64,000 nt of DNA from Bacteroidales bacterium. Its GTDB lineage: Bacteria > Bacteroidota > Bacteroidia > Bacteroidales > FEN-979. The notes under the pieces were generated by a model. It saw nothing but the letters and a program-made list of their open reading frames with translations, did no database searches and was not told the DNA's origin. Location: NCBI GenBank assembly GCA_023231065.1, contig JALNWE010000002.1, positions 30,952 through 94,951 on the forward strand, given 5' to 3'. A program made the translations under genes and the position numbers. Shown piece after piece: positions 1 to 9,072 of this stretch (position 1 is its first letter; each line of letters starts with the position of its first letter).

Positions 1-40
1 AATATTCGCACAATCAACACTGGATATCGAAAACTTCAAA

Positions 41-75
41 CCCTGACTCCTAAACCCTGATCCCTCATCCCTAAT
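41..75. repeat. Five tandem heptamers CCCTGAC TCCTAAA CCCTGAT CCCTCAT CCCTAAT (consensus CCCTnAn)
   Basis: Read directly from the sequence. The array begins 3 nt beyond the stop of the minus-strand gene 79..801. Confidence 0.85.
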
Positions 76-78
76 TGC

Positions 79-801
79 CTATGGGTGTGCCACAAAATAA
101 TATTCTTTGCCAAGCTCGAATAAGATAGATAATTTTTCCTTTGTGAGGGAAGGTTGATTACACAAATATCCTTTCAGGGTAGATATTCTCATTCCGCAAT
201 CGTTCGTAATAAACTGATATAAAAGTTCCGGGGTGGAACCATAAAAATCTGCAGCGCCAAGTCCAAACTCAAAAATGACAACGGGTTTGCACCGTTTGAG
301 GATCGCTAAAGCTCCTTTCATCACCTGGAATTCAGCTCCTTCCACATCAATTTTCATGAGATCAATGCAGATATCGGCCGGGATAATATCATCCATTAAA
401 CCAGTATTTACCGTAATCTGTTCAATCTCTACATTTTTTCCGTCATATTTGCGTTTTTTTATGCCACTGTATGCCGGGGCATTTATCACATATTGAAATG
501 TGGTCTTTCCGGTCGTGTTGTATAGCGCTGTCGGATTGATCACCACGGTTGGATCAGATTTGTATTTTTCCCTAAGGGAGTTGAAAAGTTCCGGAATGGG
601 TTCAAATCCATACTTCAGTCCTTTTGAAGAAGACTGGAGCATCAGATCAAGGATCTCTCCCTTGTGGCAGCCTATGTCGACACAACAGGAATCGGTTTTC
701 AGGGTCTGCCGGATTATTTTTCGGGTATAGGCGTCGTATTTCTGATTCCGGGTCACGGAAATATGCAGAAAAGTCAGAATTTGCTTAAGAAGTTGTTTCA
801 T
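79..801 (-). CDS. FkbM-family SAM-dependent methyltransferase
   Basis: 240 aa. Contains the SAM-binding motif CVDIGCHKGE and the FkbM-type motif LMKIDVEGAEFQVMKGA. Confidence 0.75.
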   Translation of the reverse strand: MKQLLKQILTFLHISVTRNQKYDAYTRKIIRQTLKTDSCCVDIGCHKGEILDLMLQSSSKGLKYGFEPIPELFNSLREKYKSDPTVVINPTALYNTTGKTTFQYVINAPAYSGIKKRKYDGKNVEIEQITVNTGLMDDIIPADICIDLMKIDVEGAEFQVMKGALAILKRCKPVVIFEFGLGAADFYGSTPELLYQFITNDCGMRISTLKGYLCNQPSLTKEKLSILFELGKEYYFVAHP

Positions 802-996
802 TAGCCACAGTTAGATCCTATTTATCAGGCTGCGGCAAAAATAAAACTTTTAATCCATGTATACTCCTAAAATTTTAAGAATAACCCCTTGAAAATTTTA
901 TTTCGTGAAATTCCCGCATTGGCAGCCGCCATTATTTTCATAATTTCAAGATTTTGACTAATTTTACAGCCCTTTAACAACCATTAACATTTTTAT

Positions 997-1563
997 ATGG
1001 CCACAACAGCAGATATCAGAAATGGTCTCGTCATAGAGTTCAACAACGACCTGTACAGTGTTGTTGAATTTCAGCACGTTAAACCAGGTAAAGGTCCGGC
1101 GTTCATCCGGACAAAATTAAAAAACCTGAAACATGGGCGTGTGATCGCTAACACTTTTGACTCTGGCGCGAAGATTGACATTGCCCGGGTTGAACGTCGC
1201 AAATATCAGTATCTGTACAAGGATGATTCCGGTTATTACTTTATGAACATCGAAAACTTTGAACAGATCTATATTGCCCCCGATCTGATCAATGCCCCGC
1301 AATTCCTGAAAGAAGGACAGGAGGTTGAAATCCTTTTCCATGCTGACACAGAAACTCCTTTAACCTGTGAATTGCCTCCCTTCGTAATTTTAAAAATCAT
1401 CTATTCCGAACCAGGCGTCAGGGGTAATACTGCAACCAATACGCTGAAGGACAGTACTGTTGAAACAGGAGCCATTGTAAAGGTCCCTCTTTTTATCGAA
1501 ACCGGTGAAACCATCAAAGTCGATACCCGTACGGGAAATTATTCAGAGCGGGTGAAGGTATGA
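997..1563 (+). CDS. efp: Translation elongation factor P
   Basis: 188 aa. The N-terminus [33 protein letters not shown] is the canonical EF-P KPGKG loop, and the length is typical. Confidence 0.95.
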   Translation: MATTADIRNGLVIEFNNDLYSVVEFQHVKPGKGPAFIRTKLKNLKHGRVIANTFDSGAKIDIARVERRKYQYLYKDDSGYYFMNIENFEQIYIAPDLINAPQFLKEGQEVEILFHADTETPLTCELPPFVILKIIYSEPGVRGNTATNTLKDSTVETGAIVKVPLFIETGETIKVDTRTGNYSERVKV

Positions 1564-1567
1564 AAAG

Positions 1568-1616
1568 ATTGACCATTGACCATTGACCATTGACCATTGA
1601 CTATTGACTATTGACT
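1568..1616. repeat. Heptamer tandem array (ATTGACC)x4 (ATTGACT)x3
   Basis: Perfect 7-nt periodicity read from the sequence. The array starts 5 nt after the efp stop codon. Confidence 0.95.
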
Positions 1617-1707
1617 AATTACGAGTGACGTGACGGGTTATAAATTGCAGTGAACAATTGAAAAGAGAGACCTGATTTTACCAGGTATGTAAATAAATCT
1701 TCAACAG

Positions 1708-2649
1708 ATGAAATTTCCAGCGCCTTTAAAACTTTCAGAGATTGCGGCCCATACAGGAGCTACTATGGTTGGTGATCCTGATTTCATGGTTACCGGTATC
1801 AATGAGATCCATGTGGTTGAAACCGGAGATCTGACCTTTGTTGATCATCCGAAATACTATTCGAAAGCGCTGAATTCAAAAGCCACCACGATTCTGATCA
1901 ACACCCATGTCGATTGTCCACCGGGGAAGGCGTTACTTATCTGCGAAAAGCCCTTCGATGCCTTTGTTTCATTGGGGAGGCGTTTCCGACCATTTGAAAA
2001 AGCGGTTGCCATGGTCAGTCCCGATGCAGAAATCGGGGAAGGGACCATTATCCAACCGGGTACCTTTGTCGGGAATCACGTCAAAATCGGGAAAAACTGC
2101 ATCATTCATGCCAATGTGTCCTTGTATGATCATACGGTTATCGGGAATAACGTCATCATACATTCCGGCGCTGTATTGGGAGGGGATGCCTATTATTTTC
2201 AACGCAGGCCCGAAGGATGGAAAAAGTTTGAATCATTCGGCCGCGTCATTGTTGAAGACAATGTAGAGATTGGCGCGGCAACGACCATTGACAAAGGCGT
2301 AACCGGTGATACAACCATCTCATACGGGACCAAGATAGATAATTCAACCCAGGTCGGTCACGATACCTATATAGGCCGGCATTGTCTGATCGGCGCTCAT
2401 TGTGCCATTGCAGGAGTGACCAGGATTGAGGATGATGTGATCCTTTGGGGACAGGTTTCGATCAATAAAGATCTGGTGATCGGAGCAAAAGCCATTATTT
2501 TAGCCACTTCGGCTGTTGACAAAACGCTCGAAGGTGGAAAAACATATTTTGGGATACCCGCGGAAGAAGCCCGTAAAAAATGGCGTGAGATGGCCGCTAT
2601 CAGGCAACTTCCTGATATGGTACGGGAAAGAAAATCCAAAGAAATTTAA
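1708..2649 (+). CDS. lpxD: UDP-3-O-acylglucosamine N-acyltransferase (LpxD-like hexapeptide-repeat acyltransferase)
   Basis: 313 aa. It has an LpxD-type N-terminal domain (LSEIAAHTGATMVGDPDFMVTGINE) followed by a long run of hexapeptide left-handed beta-helix repeats. An efp neighbourhood is common for lpx genes in Bacteroidota. Confidence 0.8.
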   Translation: MKFPAPLKLSEIAAHTGATMVGDPDFMVTGINEIHVVETGDLTFVDHPKYYSKALNSKATTILINTHVDCPPGKALLICEKPFDAFVSLGRRFRPFEKAVAMVSPDAEIGEGTIIQPGTFVGNHVKIGKNCIIHANVSLYDHTVIGNNVIIHSGAVLGGDAYYFQRRPEGWKKFESFGRVIVEDNVEIGAATTIDKGVTGDTTISYGTKIDNSTQVGHDTYIGRHCLIGAHCAIAGVTRIEDDVILWGQVSINKDLVIGAKAIILATSAVDKTLEGGKTYFGIPAEEARKKWREMAAIRQLPDMVRERKSKEI

Positions 2650-4157
2650 TTGCTTACCTGATCTGCCTTTTCGGGTCCGTTCACCTGATTTGGTGTATCC
2701 GTATCCTGCTTTTTAAGGGAATAGATGTCCATGGCAACAAGGATGGCTATAAATCCCCATACCGGAACAGAAGCTTTGTCAGTATCAAGGAAATTATTCA
2801 TCAATCCATGGATGAAATAAGTGATCAACCCAAGCAAGACTGACATGCTCAGAATTTTTATTTCCCGGTCACGGGTACGATGATATACTTTTAATCCAGT
2901 CATGACCATGGCAATTACCAAGGCAATTACGATGAGCATTCCAGGTAATCCTTGTTCTGCAAGGGGTCCGATATATTCACTGTGGGCATTCCCTTTATCC
3001 CCTTCGTTGGTGCTGATCAGCGTTTTTTCGCCGGATAACTGATAAGGCGCATATTCAAACTGGTAAGTGCCGGGTCCAAAACCAAACCGGGGACGTTCCT
3101 GATACATTCTAAACGCTGACATCCAGCGGTTTATCCTTTCCATATTGGAATTATCGGTAGAAATATTGGAAATGGAACGGACATGTTCTGTCAGGGTTGC
3201 AGTCTTGCTCTGTTTATTCCGTTCCATGGCAGTTAATATTTCAAACTGGAAGGTATATAAGATAATCCCAAGGATGATTGCAGTCATTGCCACCCATCGG
3301 AATTTGATTTTCAGCAGTACGAGGGCCAGTATGCCAACGGCCAGGGCAAGGCTTACCCACGCAGCCCGGCAATAGGACAGGACGAGTGCAGTCAACAGGA
3401 TAAGCAATACCATACATCCGAAAAAACGGGTCAACCTGGAATTCTTTTTATCAATCACGAATCCAAAGAAAACCGGAATAAACATGGTTATAATTGCCCC
3501 ATACGCAGTGTGGTCATTGTAAAAAGGTTCCATTACAAAGTGCCCCGCCTGTTGCTCAAAATTCCAGAGGTAATGGTTATATATCGTAAAAAAGATCACC
3601 GCAACCAAGGGTACGGCATAGAACCATATAAAACGACGCGCATTGACCTTATCTTTGAAAAAGTGGATCCCAAAAATATAAAAAGGGACTACGAACCAAA
3701 GCCTGGCCAATAGAAATTTAAATGATACCACGGGCCTCACACTTGTGAGGCTGGTAATGAAAATCCATGTAAGTTGAATTAAAATGATAATTGTTACCGG
3801 GTGCTTCCAGATTTTCTTATCAAAATCATTATCAAGGATAAGTTTCAGGATAAACATTAAAAGGACACCAAACATCAGGGGTTCTGTCGGGACAGAAACC
3901 CCTATCCTGAATTCCCGCTGTGTTATATTGATAGCCAGCGGGGTCATCAGCGTGATAAGCAGAAGTATCTTGTCCAGATGAAAAAAATAAAGATAAAGAA
4001 TGATCATCAGGACAGGCAGCAAAAGGAGCCAGTATATCTCATGGTAAACCAGGAGGCAATTGAGCCCCACAAAAATGGCACTGATAATGTATAGAATGGT
4101 ATGTGTGCCTTTTGTGCTGGTAAGATAACCTTTCAATTCTTGCAGCTTATCCCGCAT
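2646..4157 (-). CDS. O-antigen ligase / polymerase family integral membrane protein (Wzy_C-like)
   Basis: 503 aa with at least 10 hydrophobic helices and a large loop region. It sits in a polysaccharide gene context. Confidence 0.65.
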   Translation of the reverse strand: MRDKLQELKGYLTSTKGTHTILYIISAIFVGLNCLLVYHEIYWLLLLPVLMIILYLYFFHLDKILLLITLMTPLAINITQREFRIGVSVPTEPLMFGVLLMFILKLILDNDFDKKIWKHPVTIIILIQLTWIFITSLTSVRPVVSFKFLLARLWFVVPFYIFGIHFFKDKVNARRFIWFYAVPLVAVIFFTIYNHYLWNFEQQAGHFVMEPFYNDHTAYGAIITMFIPVFFGFVIDKKNSRLTRFFGCMVLLILLTALVLSYCRAAWVSLALAVGILALVLLKIKFRWVAMTAIILGIILYTFQFEILTAMERNKQSKTATLTEHVRSISNISTDNSNMERINRWMSAFRMYQERPRFGFGPGTYQFEYAPYQLSGEKTLISTNEGDKGNAHSEYIGPLAEQGLPGMLIVIALVIAMVMTGLKVYHRTRDREIKILSMSVLLGLITYFIHGLMNNFLDTDKASVPVWGFIAILVAMDIYSLKKQDTDTPNQVNGPEKADQVSN

Positions 4158-5106
4158 GTTTCCTTGTTGGAATATTAAAGAAGTGCCGGTTTTCGATAAG
4201 GCCGATCACCAGCAATGATAAAACAAAAGTAGCAACGGTTGACATCAACACGATCAGCCAGCGGATTGGATAGGCTTTTTTATCTGCAGGCAAAGGTTTG
4301 CTCAGCATACTAACATAGCTGTAGTTACGATTATAATTAAAAAGCGCCTTATCGGCATCAAATTTCATATTGCTGTACGACCCGGCTTCCATTCCGATCA
4401 GATCACGTAAAAGCAGCATTTCGATACCTTTTTCTTCCAGGTTTTTCTTTAATCTAAGCACCTCCGGATTTTTCGCTTTCCCCCCACTCAGGTAAGCCCG
4501 CATGACTTCCCGCGTTTGGTTGCTGTACTCGAGTACACCGTATTTTGTTCCCAGCGTATCTGCACGCGCTTTGAGAGAATCGAGATAGTTTTTCTTTTTA
4601 GTTAGAACATAATCATAGTTGCCTAAAACTTCCTTGAACTTATCCTTCTGAAGCTTCCTGACTTTCAGGTTATAAAAGTCGAGAATGGAATTAATAATAT
4701 CGCAGGCGATTTCAGGATCAGGATCCCACACTTCTATTTTAACAGCTTCATAAGGAGTTGTTGAAAACTGGACCCTATCCTTATATGCCCGCTGTAAAAG
4801 GGTCCTGACAATTTTTGAAGTGGAATCGATTTTCCAGTGACGGACCAGGTCGAATTTTTTCACCACGCTGTCGCGTATATCCCTTGACTGTAATACCTCA
4901 ACAGCCTGTTCAGTAACATTTTCTTCTGAATAAGGGGATATATTAGACGGGTAAATAACAGTATCCGATTTAAAAAGGGGGGTGATAAAGATCGGACTTG
5001 AAAAAAAAGCTGATAGCACAACCGTTGCGACAATAACAATAGCCAAAGGGATTCTCCATTTGATCAATACTTCGATAATGTGCCTGCTGTTAAAAAATTT
5101 GTCCAT
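4147..5106 (-). CDS. Wzz-like polysaccharide chain-length determinant (PCP) protein, paralogue 1
   Basis: 319 aa. N-terminal TM followed by ITPLFKSDTVIYP, a coiled central part, and a C-terminal TM after KKAYPIRWLIV. No kinase domain is present. Confidence 0.6.
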   Translation of the reverse strand: MDKFFNSRHIIEVLIKWRIPLAIVIVATVVLSAFFSSPIFITPLFKSDTVIYPSNISPYSEENVTEQAVEVLQSRDIRDSVVKKFDLVRHWKIDSTSKIVRTLLQRAYKDRVQFSTTPYEAVKIEVWDPDPEIACDIINSILDFYNLKVRKLQKDKFKEVLGNYDYVLTKKKNYLDSLKARADTLGTKYGVLEYSNQTREVMRAYLSGGKAKNPEVLRLKKNLEEKGIEMLLLRDLIGMEAGSYSNMKFDADKALFNYNRNYSYVSMLSKPLPADKKAYPIRWLIVLMSTVATFVLSLLVIGLIENRHFFNIPTRKHAG

Positions 5107-5142
5107 GATGTTTTCGTTGAATATTTATAGACGGATTATAAT

Positions 5143-6189
5143 TCAGGATTGTTCGAGTTTGAATTTCTTATGGGAATTATAATTGGTGATTTTTTCCATT
5201 ACCATAATGACAATAATAGCCAGAAAAAAGGCTGAAAAAGTTGAAACCACGATGATCAGCCAACGGATGGGATATGATTTACGTTCTGCCTGATAAGCAT
5301 CACTTACGATGAATTTCTGGGGTAAATTGGATTCAGCATCCACCTTGGCTTCCTTGAACTTTGCCTGGAGCAGGGTGAGCTGTTCGGTTTTAAACTCGAG
5401 TGAGTTTTTCAACATCATGTAGATCCCACCGTATTTCCCCAACACATCCAGCTTCTTCTGCAATGCAGCCTGGGCGGTCCTGTTACCGTTCATGATAGAG
5501 ATGGCCATTTGCTGATTTAATACCTGGGACTGGTATTCGACATCATTGACGCCCAGGCTACCCAAGGTAACTAGCGAGTCGACGATGGTCTTTATTTCTG
5601 TATCCAGGGCGGTATATTCAGCTTCCACTATTTTAAACCCGGCCACAGACCGTTGCCGTTGCATATCATTTTTAGTTGAATCCAGTAAATCAGCTATCGT
5701 ATTCGCGATAACAGCAGCCATTTTCGGGTCTTCATCATAAACTGAGATTTCCACTGCAAGGTACTCGGTAGACCTGAAACTGATATTCTTTTCGTATTCT
5801 TTGTATAATTTAGAAATTTTATACCGTGATGCGCTATCGATCCCGTAATGTTTCATCAGGTTAAATTTCCGGATAACCTTGTCGCGGATTTTATTGGAGT
5901 TAAGAATTTGAAGTAATTGTTCAGCCTGTTCAGATTCACCCAGGGATGTCAGGTTATCACTTTTACCACCTTTTTCACTGAGTAAGGCTTGTGATACAGA
6001 GCTGGAACTCGCCGGGAAAAGGACTACAGTGGATTTGTATTTCGGAGTGATGAAAATAGGTAAAGAAAAAAACCAGGAACAGAAAAGAGCTGCTACCAAC
6101 ACAAAAAAAAGTGGTTTCCGCCATTTATAAAGAAATATTACGAGATTGGAAGAATCAAATTCTTCATCTCTTTTGATTTCATTGAGCAT
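5143..6189 (-). CDS. Wzz-like polysaccharide chain-length determinant (PCP) protein, paralogue 2
   Basis: 348 aa with the same architecture as 4147..5106 (ITPKYKSTVVLFP ... RKSYPIRWLII plus a C-terminal TM). Confidence 0.65.
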   Translation of the reverse strand: MLNEIKRDEEFDSSNLVIFLYKWRKPLFFVLVAALFCSWFFSLPIFITPKYKSTVVLFPASSSSVSQALLSEKGGKSDNLTSLGESEQAEQLLQILNSNKIRDKVIRKFNLMKHYGIDSASRYKISKLYKEYEKNISFRSTEYLAVEISVYDEDPKMAAVIANTIADLLDSTKNDMQRQRSVAGFKIVEAEYTALDTEIKTIVDSLVTLGSLGVNDVEYQSQVLNQQMAISIMNGNRTAQAALQKKLDVLGKYGGIYMMLKNSLEFKTEQLTLLQAKFKEAKVDAESNLPQKFIVSDAYQAERKSYPIRWLIIVVSTFSAFFLAIIVIMVMEKITNYNSHKKFKLEQS

Positions 6190-6264
6190 AACAGAATAAT
6201 CAATTTTTTGTCAAAAGTATGCATTTATTCCGAATGTCCAAAAGAAAGTTAAACTTGTCGGGAA

Positions 6265-7743
6265 TTATCTCCTATCCTCGGTCAGGATTTTCACAAATGC
6301 CCCGAAACTCCAAAGGCGTAATACAACAGCAAGGACAACCGAACCGGCTAACATCAGGCCGAAATCACCCAGCCATGATAGGCCGGGAGAAAGAAACGAC
6401 CAATGAATCACTAAATTTCTTGAAATCAGGTTGAAACTTATCACTCCAACGACAAAAAGGAGTAAGGTTGCCAGGTAACGGTAGTTGATGTGGAATTTAA
6501 AGATCCGTTGTGTCATAATGATCTGGGCAATAGCCATGGTCGCCTGGGTTATCAGACTCGAAATAGCCGATCCGGCGGCAAGATACTTGGGGATTAGTAT
6601 GTAATTAAGTATAAAATTAATCAATAATCCAGCCAGGGCTATGTAATTCAGTTGTTTCAAATTGCCATTGGCCGTAAGTAAAGTCCCGAAAATATAGGTA
6701 CACGAAACAGCAATAAAACCAAGGATCAATAGCTTGAAAACCTGGGTTGAGGCTTCAATATGGGCATCATATAACAAGGCGATCATCTCGTGGCCGTAAA
6801 AAAATGAGCCAACAGCCACAATAATGGCCAGGGTGATGATCAAGGTAAAAGACAATTTAAGTATTTTTTCAACTGGCTGCTTGTTTTTGATCATTTTTGA
6901 AAAAATGGGGACCAGCAGGACTGAAAAAAGATAAGCTATCATATTTGCAGCATCCAACAGTCTGAATCCCGAAGCATAGATCCCGGCTTGTTCATTTCCC
7001 ACCTTTTCAGAAAGCAAACTCTCTAACATCACAGGATCAAGGCGGTTATAAAAAGTCATCAGAAGCACCAGCAAAGCAAAGGGAAAGCTCTGCTTCATGA
7101 TCATCATAAAAAATGGCAGATTCCAGTTTAATTTCCGGAAATGGGCCTTTTTAACAACAATGATAAATGCGATCAGCGCAGTAATACTATATGCTGCCGT
7201 TTGTGAATAAACAAACCATTCAATTTTAAACCGGGTTTCGGTCACATGACCGAACAACAGGGTACCACAGAAAAGGATCATAAGAAAACGATCAAGTACC
7301 GATAGCATACTGTCGGTCTTGAACATCAGAAAACCGGAAATATTTGAACGCAGATACAGGATAAAGGAGAGGAGGAATTGGTTTAGGGCAAGCCATCCAA
7401 GGAGCCTGAATTGGGCAGGGTTATATCTGAGGATCAGCGCTATCGAAAAAGCGACCAGGAGATAAAAAAGCCCCAGGAGAAGTTTGACGACCAGGATCCC
7501 TGAAAAATGCTTATTCAGCAAATGGTTGTTCTGGGCAATATTACGGTTATTGAAATTGGTGATCCCCAAGTCAAGCAGGATATTGAATAAAAAAGAAAAA
7601 TTGAGGATGACAAAATAAAAACCATAATCGGCAACCCCGACGGTTCGTTGCACGGTGAGATCAATCCCAAAAATCCAGACAGGTTTAATGAGAAGATTGA
7701 GAAAAAGGAGCAACCCCAGGTTTGTCAGGAATTTCCGTTGCAT
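6265..7743 (-). CDS. wzx: Oligosaccharide/polysaccharide flippase (MOP superfamily, Wzx-like)
   Basis: 492 aa with about 12-14 TM helices. The length and hydrophobic pattern are typical of Wzx, and it is adjacent to the Wzz, ligase and GT genes. Confidence 0.7.
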   Translation of the reverse strand: MQRKFLTNLGLLLFLNLLIKPVWIFGIDLTVQRTVGVADYGFYFVILNFSFLFNILLDLGITNFNNRNIAQNNHLLNKHFSGILVVKLLLGLFYLLVAFSIALILRYNPAQFRLLGWLALNQFLLSFILYLRSNISGFLMFKTDSMLSVLDRFLMILFCGTLLFGHVTETRFKIEWFVYSQTAAYSITALIAFIIVVKKAHFRKLNWNLPFFMMIMKQSFPFALLVLLMTFYNRLDPVMLESLLSEKVGNEQAGIYASGFRLLDAANMIAYLFSVLLVPIFSKMIKNKQPVEKILKLSFTLIITLAIIVAVGSFFYGHEMIALLYDAHIEASTQVFKLLILGFIAVSCTYIFGTLLTANGNLKQLNYIALAGLLINFILNYILIPKYLAAGSAISSLITQATMAIAQIIMTQRIFKFHINYRYLATLLLFVVGVISFNLISRNLVIHWSFLSPGLSWLGDFGLMLAGSVVLAVVLRLWSFGAFVKILTEDRR

Positions 7744-7940
7744 GAACCAAAAAAATAAAGCTATCCGGATTGATAACTTTTAATTATAACTCAAAAAATA
7801 TTCGGATATTTGCTACAAACTTAAATAATAATTCCTTTTGTTGGTATCCTCTTTAAAAAAGTCATCTCCTGATTCCGCGTATTGCGCTTACAACCATAGG
7901 GAAACAGGTTGGATGATTTTGAAAGATAAGTTGAGAATTC

Positions 7941-9068
7941 ATGAACATTGCAATTAACACCCGGCTTCTGATCCAAAACAAGCTGGAAGGGATAGGCTGG
8001 TTTACCTATGAATCGTTAAAACGGATTACGATCCAGCATCCCGAACACCATTTTTTCTTCATTTTTGACCGGGAATATGATCCGGAATTTCTTTTTTCCG
8101 ACAACATAACCCCCATTATTCAGTTCCCCCAGGCCCGGCATCCAGTACTTTATTATGCATGGTTTGAACTGACTATCCCCAAGTTGCTCGAAAAACTTAA
8201 ACCCGATCTGTTCCTGTCACCCGATGGATTCCTGTCACTTAAAACGCCGGTCAAATCCATGGCGGTATTTCATGATCTTAACTTTGAACATTATCCGCAG
8301 GATATTCCATTCTGGACACGTCGGTATTATCGTCAGTACTTTCCAAAATATGCTGCTAAAGCCGTAAGAATTGCCACCGTTTCGGAATTTTCAAAAAACG
8401 ATATCGTTCAGCAATATAAAGTCACGCCCGATAAAATCGATGTGGTTTATGATGGCGCCCATGATATCTATCATCCGCTCCCTGAAGATGAGAGAGAAAA
8501 GGTGAGGAAAATATATACGCAAGGTCTCCCCTATTTTATTTTCATAGGTTCACTCCACCGCCGCAAAAATCTGATTAATTTATTCCGCGCTTTTGACCTT
8601 TTTAAGAAATCCAATCCCTCTGATGTCAAATTAATCATTGTCGGAGCAAAAAAATGGTGGACCCGGGATATCGATATTGCTTATAACCGGATGGTATTTT
8701 CAGACGATGTTATTTTTACCGGACGGCTTTCGGTGGAAGAATTATCGAGGGTACTGGGCGCTGCCATTGCCCTGACATACGTATCCTATTTTGAAGGATT
8801 CGGGATCCCTATTGTTGAAGCTTTCCGCAGCGATGTCCCCGTAATCACTTCAAATGTTACCTCCATGCCCGAAATAGCTGGCGATGCGGCGTTGTTTGTT
8901 GATCCATTCAACCCGGAATCAATTGCTGAAGCATTATACAAGGCCTATCAATACGAAAGCATAAGGGAAGAACTGATCGTTCGTGGCCGCCGCCGTAAAG
9001 ATCTCTTTTCGTGGCAGCAGACCGCTGATCGTTTGTGGGAATCGATTGAAAAAGCTGTTAAATCCTGA
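7941..9068 (+). CDS. Glycosyltransferase family 4 (GT-B, group 1)
   Basis: 375 aa. The C-terminal motif YFEGFGIPIVEAFRSDVPVITSNVTSMPEIAGDAALFVDP is the GT1/GT4 E-x7-E region. Confidence 0.85.
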   Translation: MNIAINTRLLIQNKLEGIGWFTYESLKRITIQHPEHHFFFIFDREYDPEFLFSDNITPIIQFPQARHPVLYYAWFELTIPKLLEKLKPDLFLSPDGFLSLKTPVKSMAVFHDLNFEHYPQDIPFWTRRYYRQYFPKYAAKAVRIATVSEFSKNDIVQQYKVTPDKIDVVYDGAHDIYHPLPEDEREKVRKIYTQGLPYFIFIGSLHRRKNLINLFRAFDLFKKSNPSDVKLIIVGAKKWWTRDIDIAYNRMVFSDDVIFTGRLSVEELSRVLGAAIALTYVSYFEGFGIPIVEAFRSDVPVITSNVTSMPEIAGDAALFVDPFNPESIAEALYKAYQYESIREELIVRGRRRKDLFSWQQTADRLWESIEKAVKS

Positions 9069-9072
9069 TTTT

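Noticed and set aside
41-75. The CCCTAAA-like repeats considered as a true telomere or linear-replicon end.
   Set aside because: There are only five degenerate units, located inside a normal gene-dense bacterial context with unique sequence on both sides. They are better explained as one of the post-stop heptamer arrays.
1568-1616. The heptamer arrays (also 28824..28858 and 12028..12132) considered as CRISPR arrays or minisatellite-encoded peptides.
   Set aside because: The 7-nt units have no spacers and are far too short for CRISPR repeats. No cas genes are present, and no ORF spans the arrays.
8983-9072. A 30-codon N-terminal extension of the purD ORF that overlaps the end of the glycosyltransferase gene.
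   Set aside because: The canonical PurD N-terminus (MNILLLGSGGREHA) begins at the ATG at 9073. The extension has no PurD similarity and lies inside the GT4 coding region.
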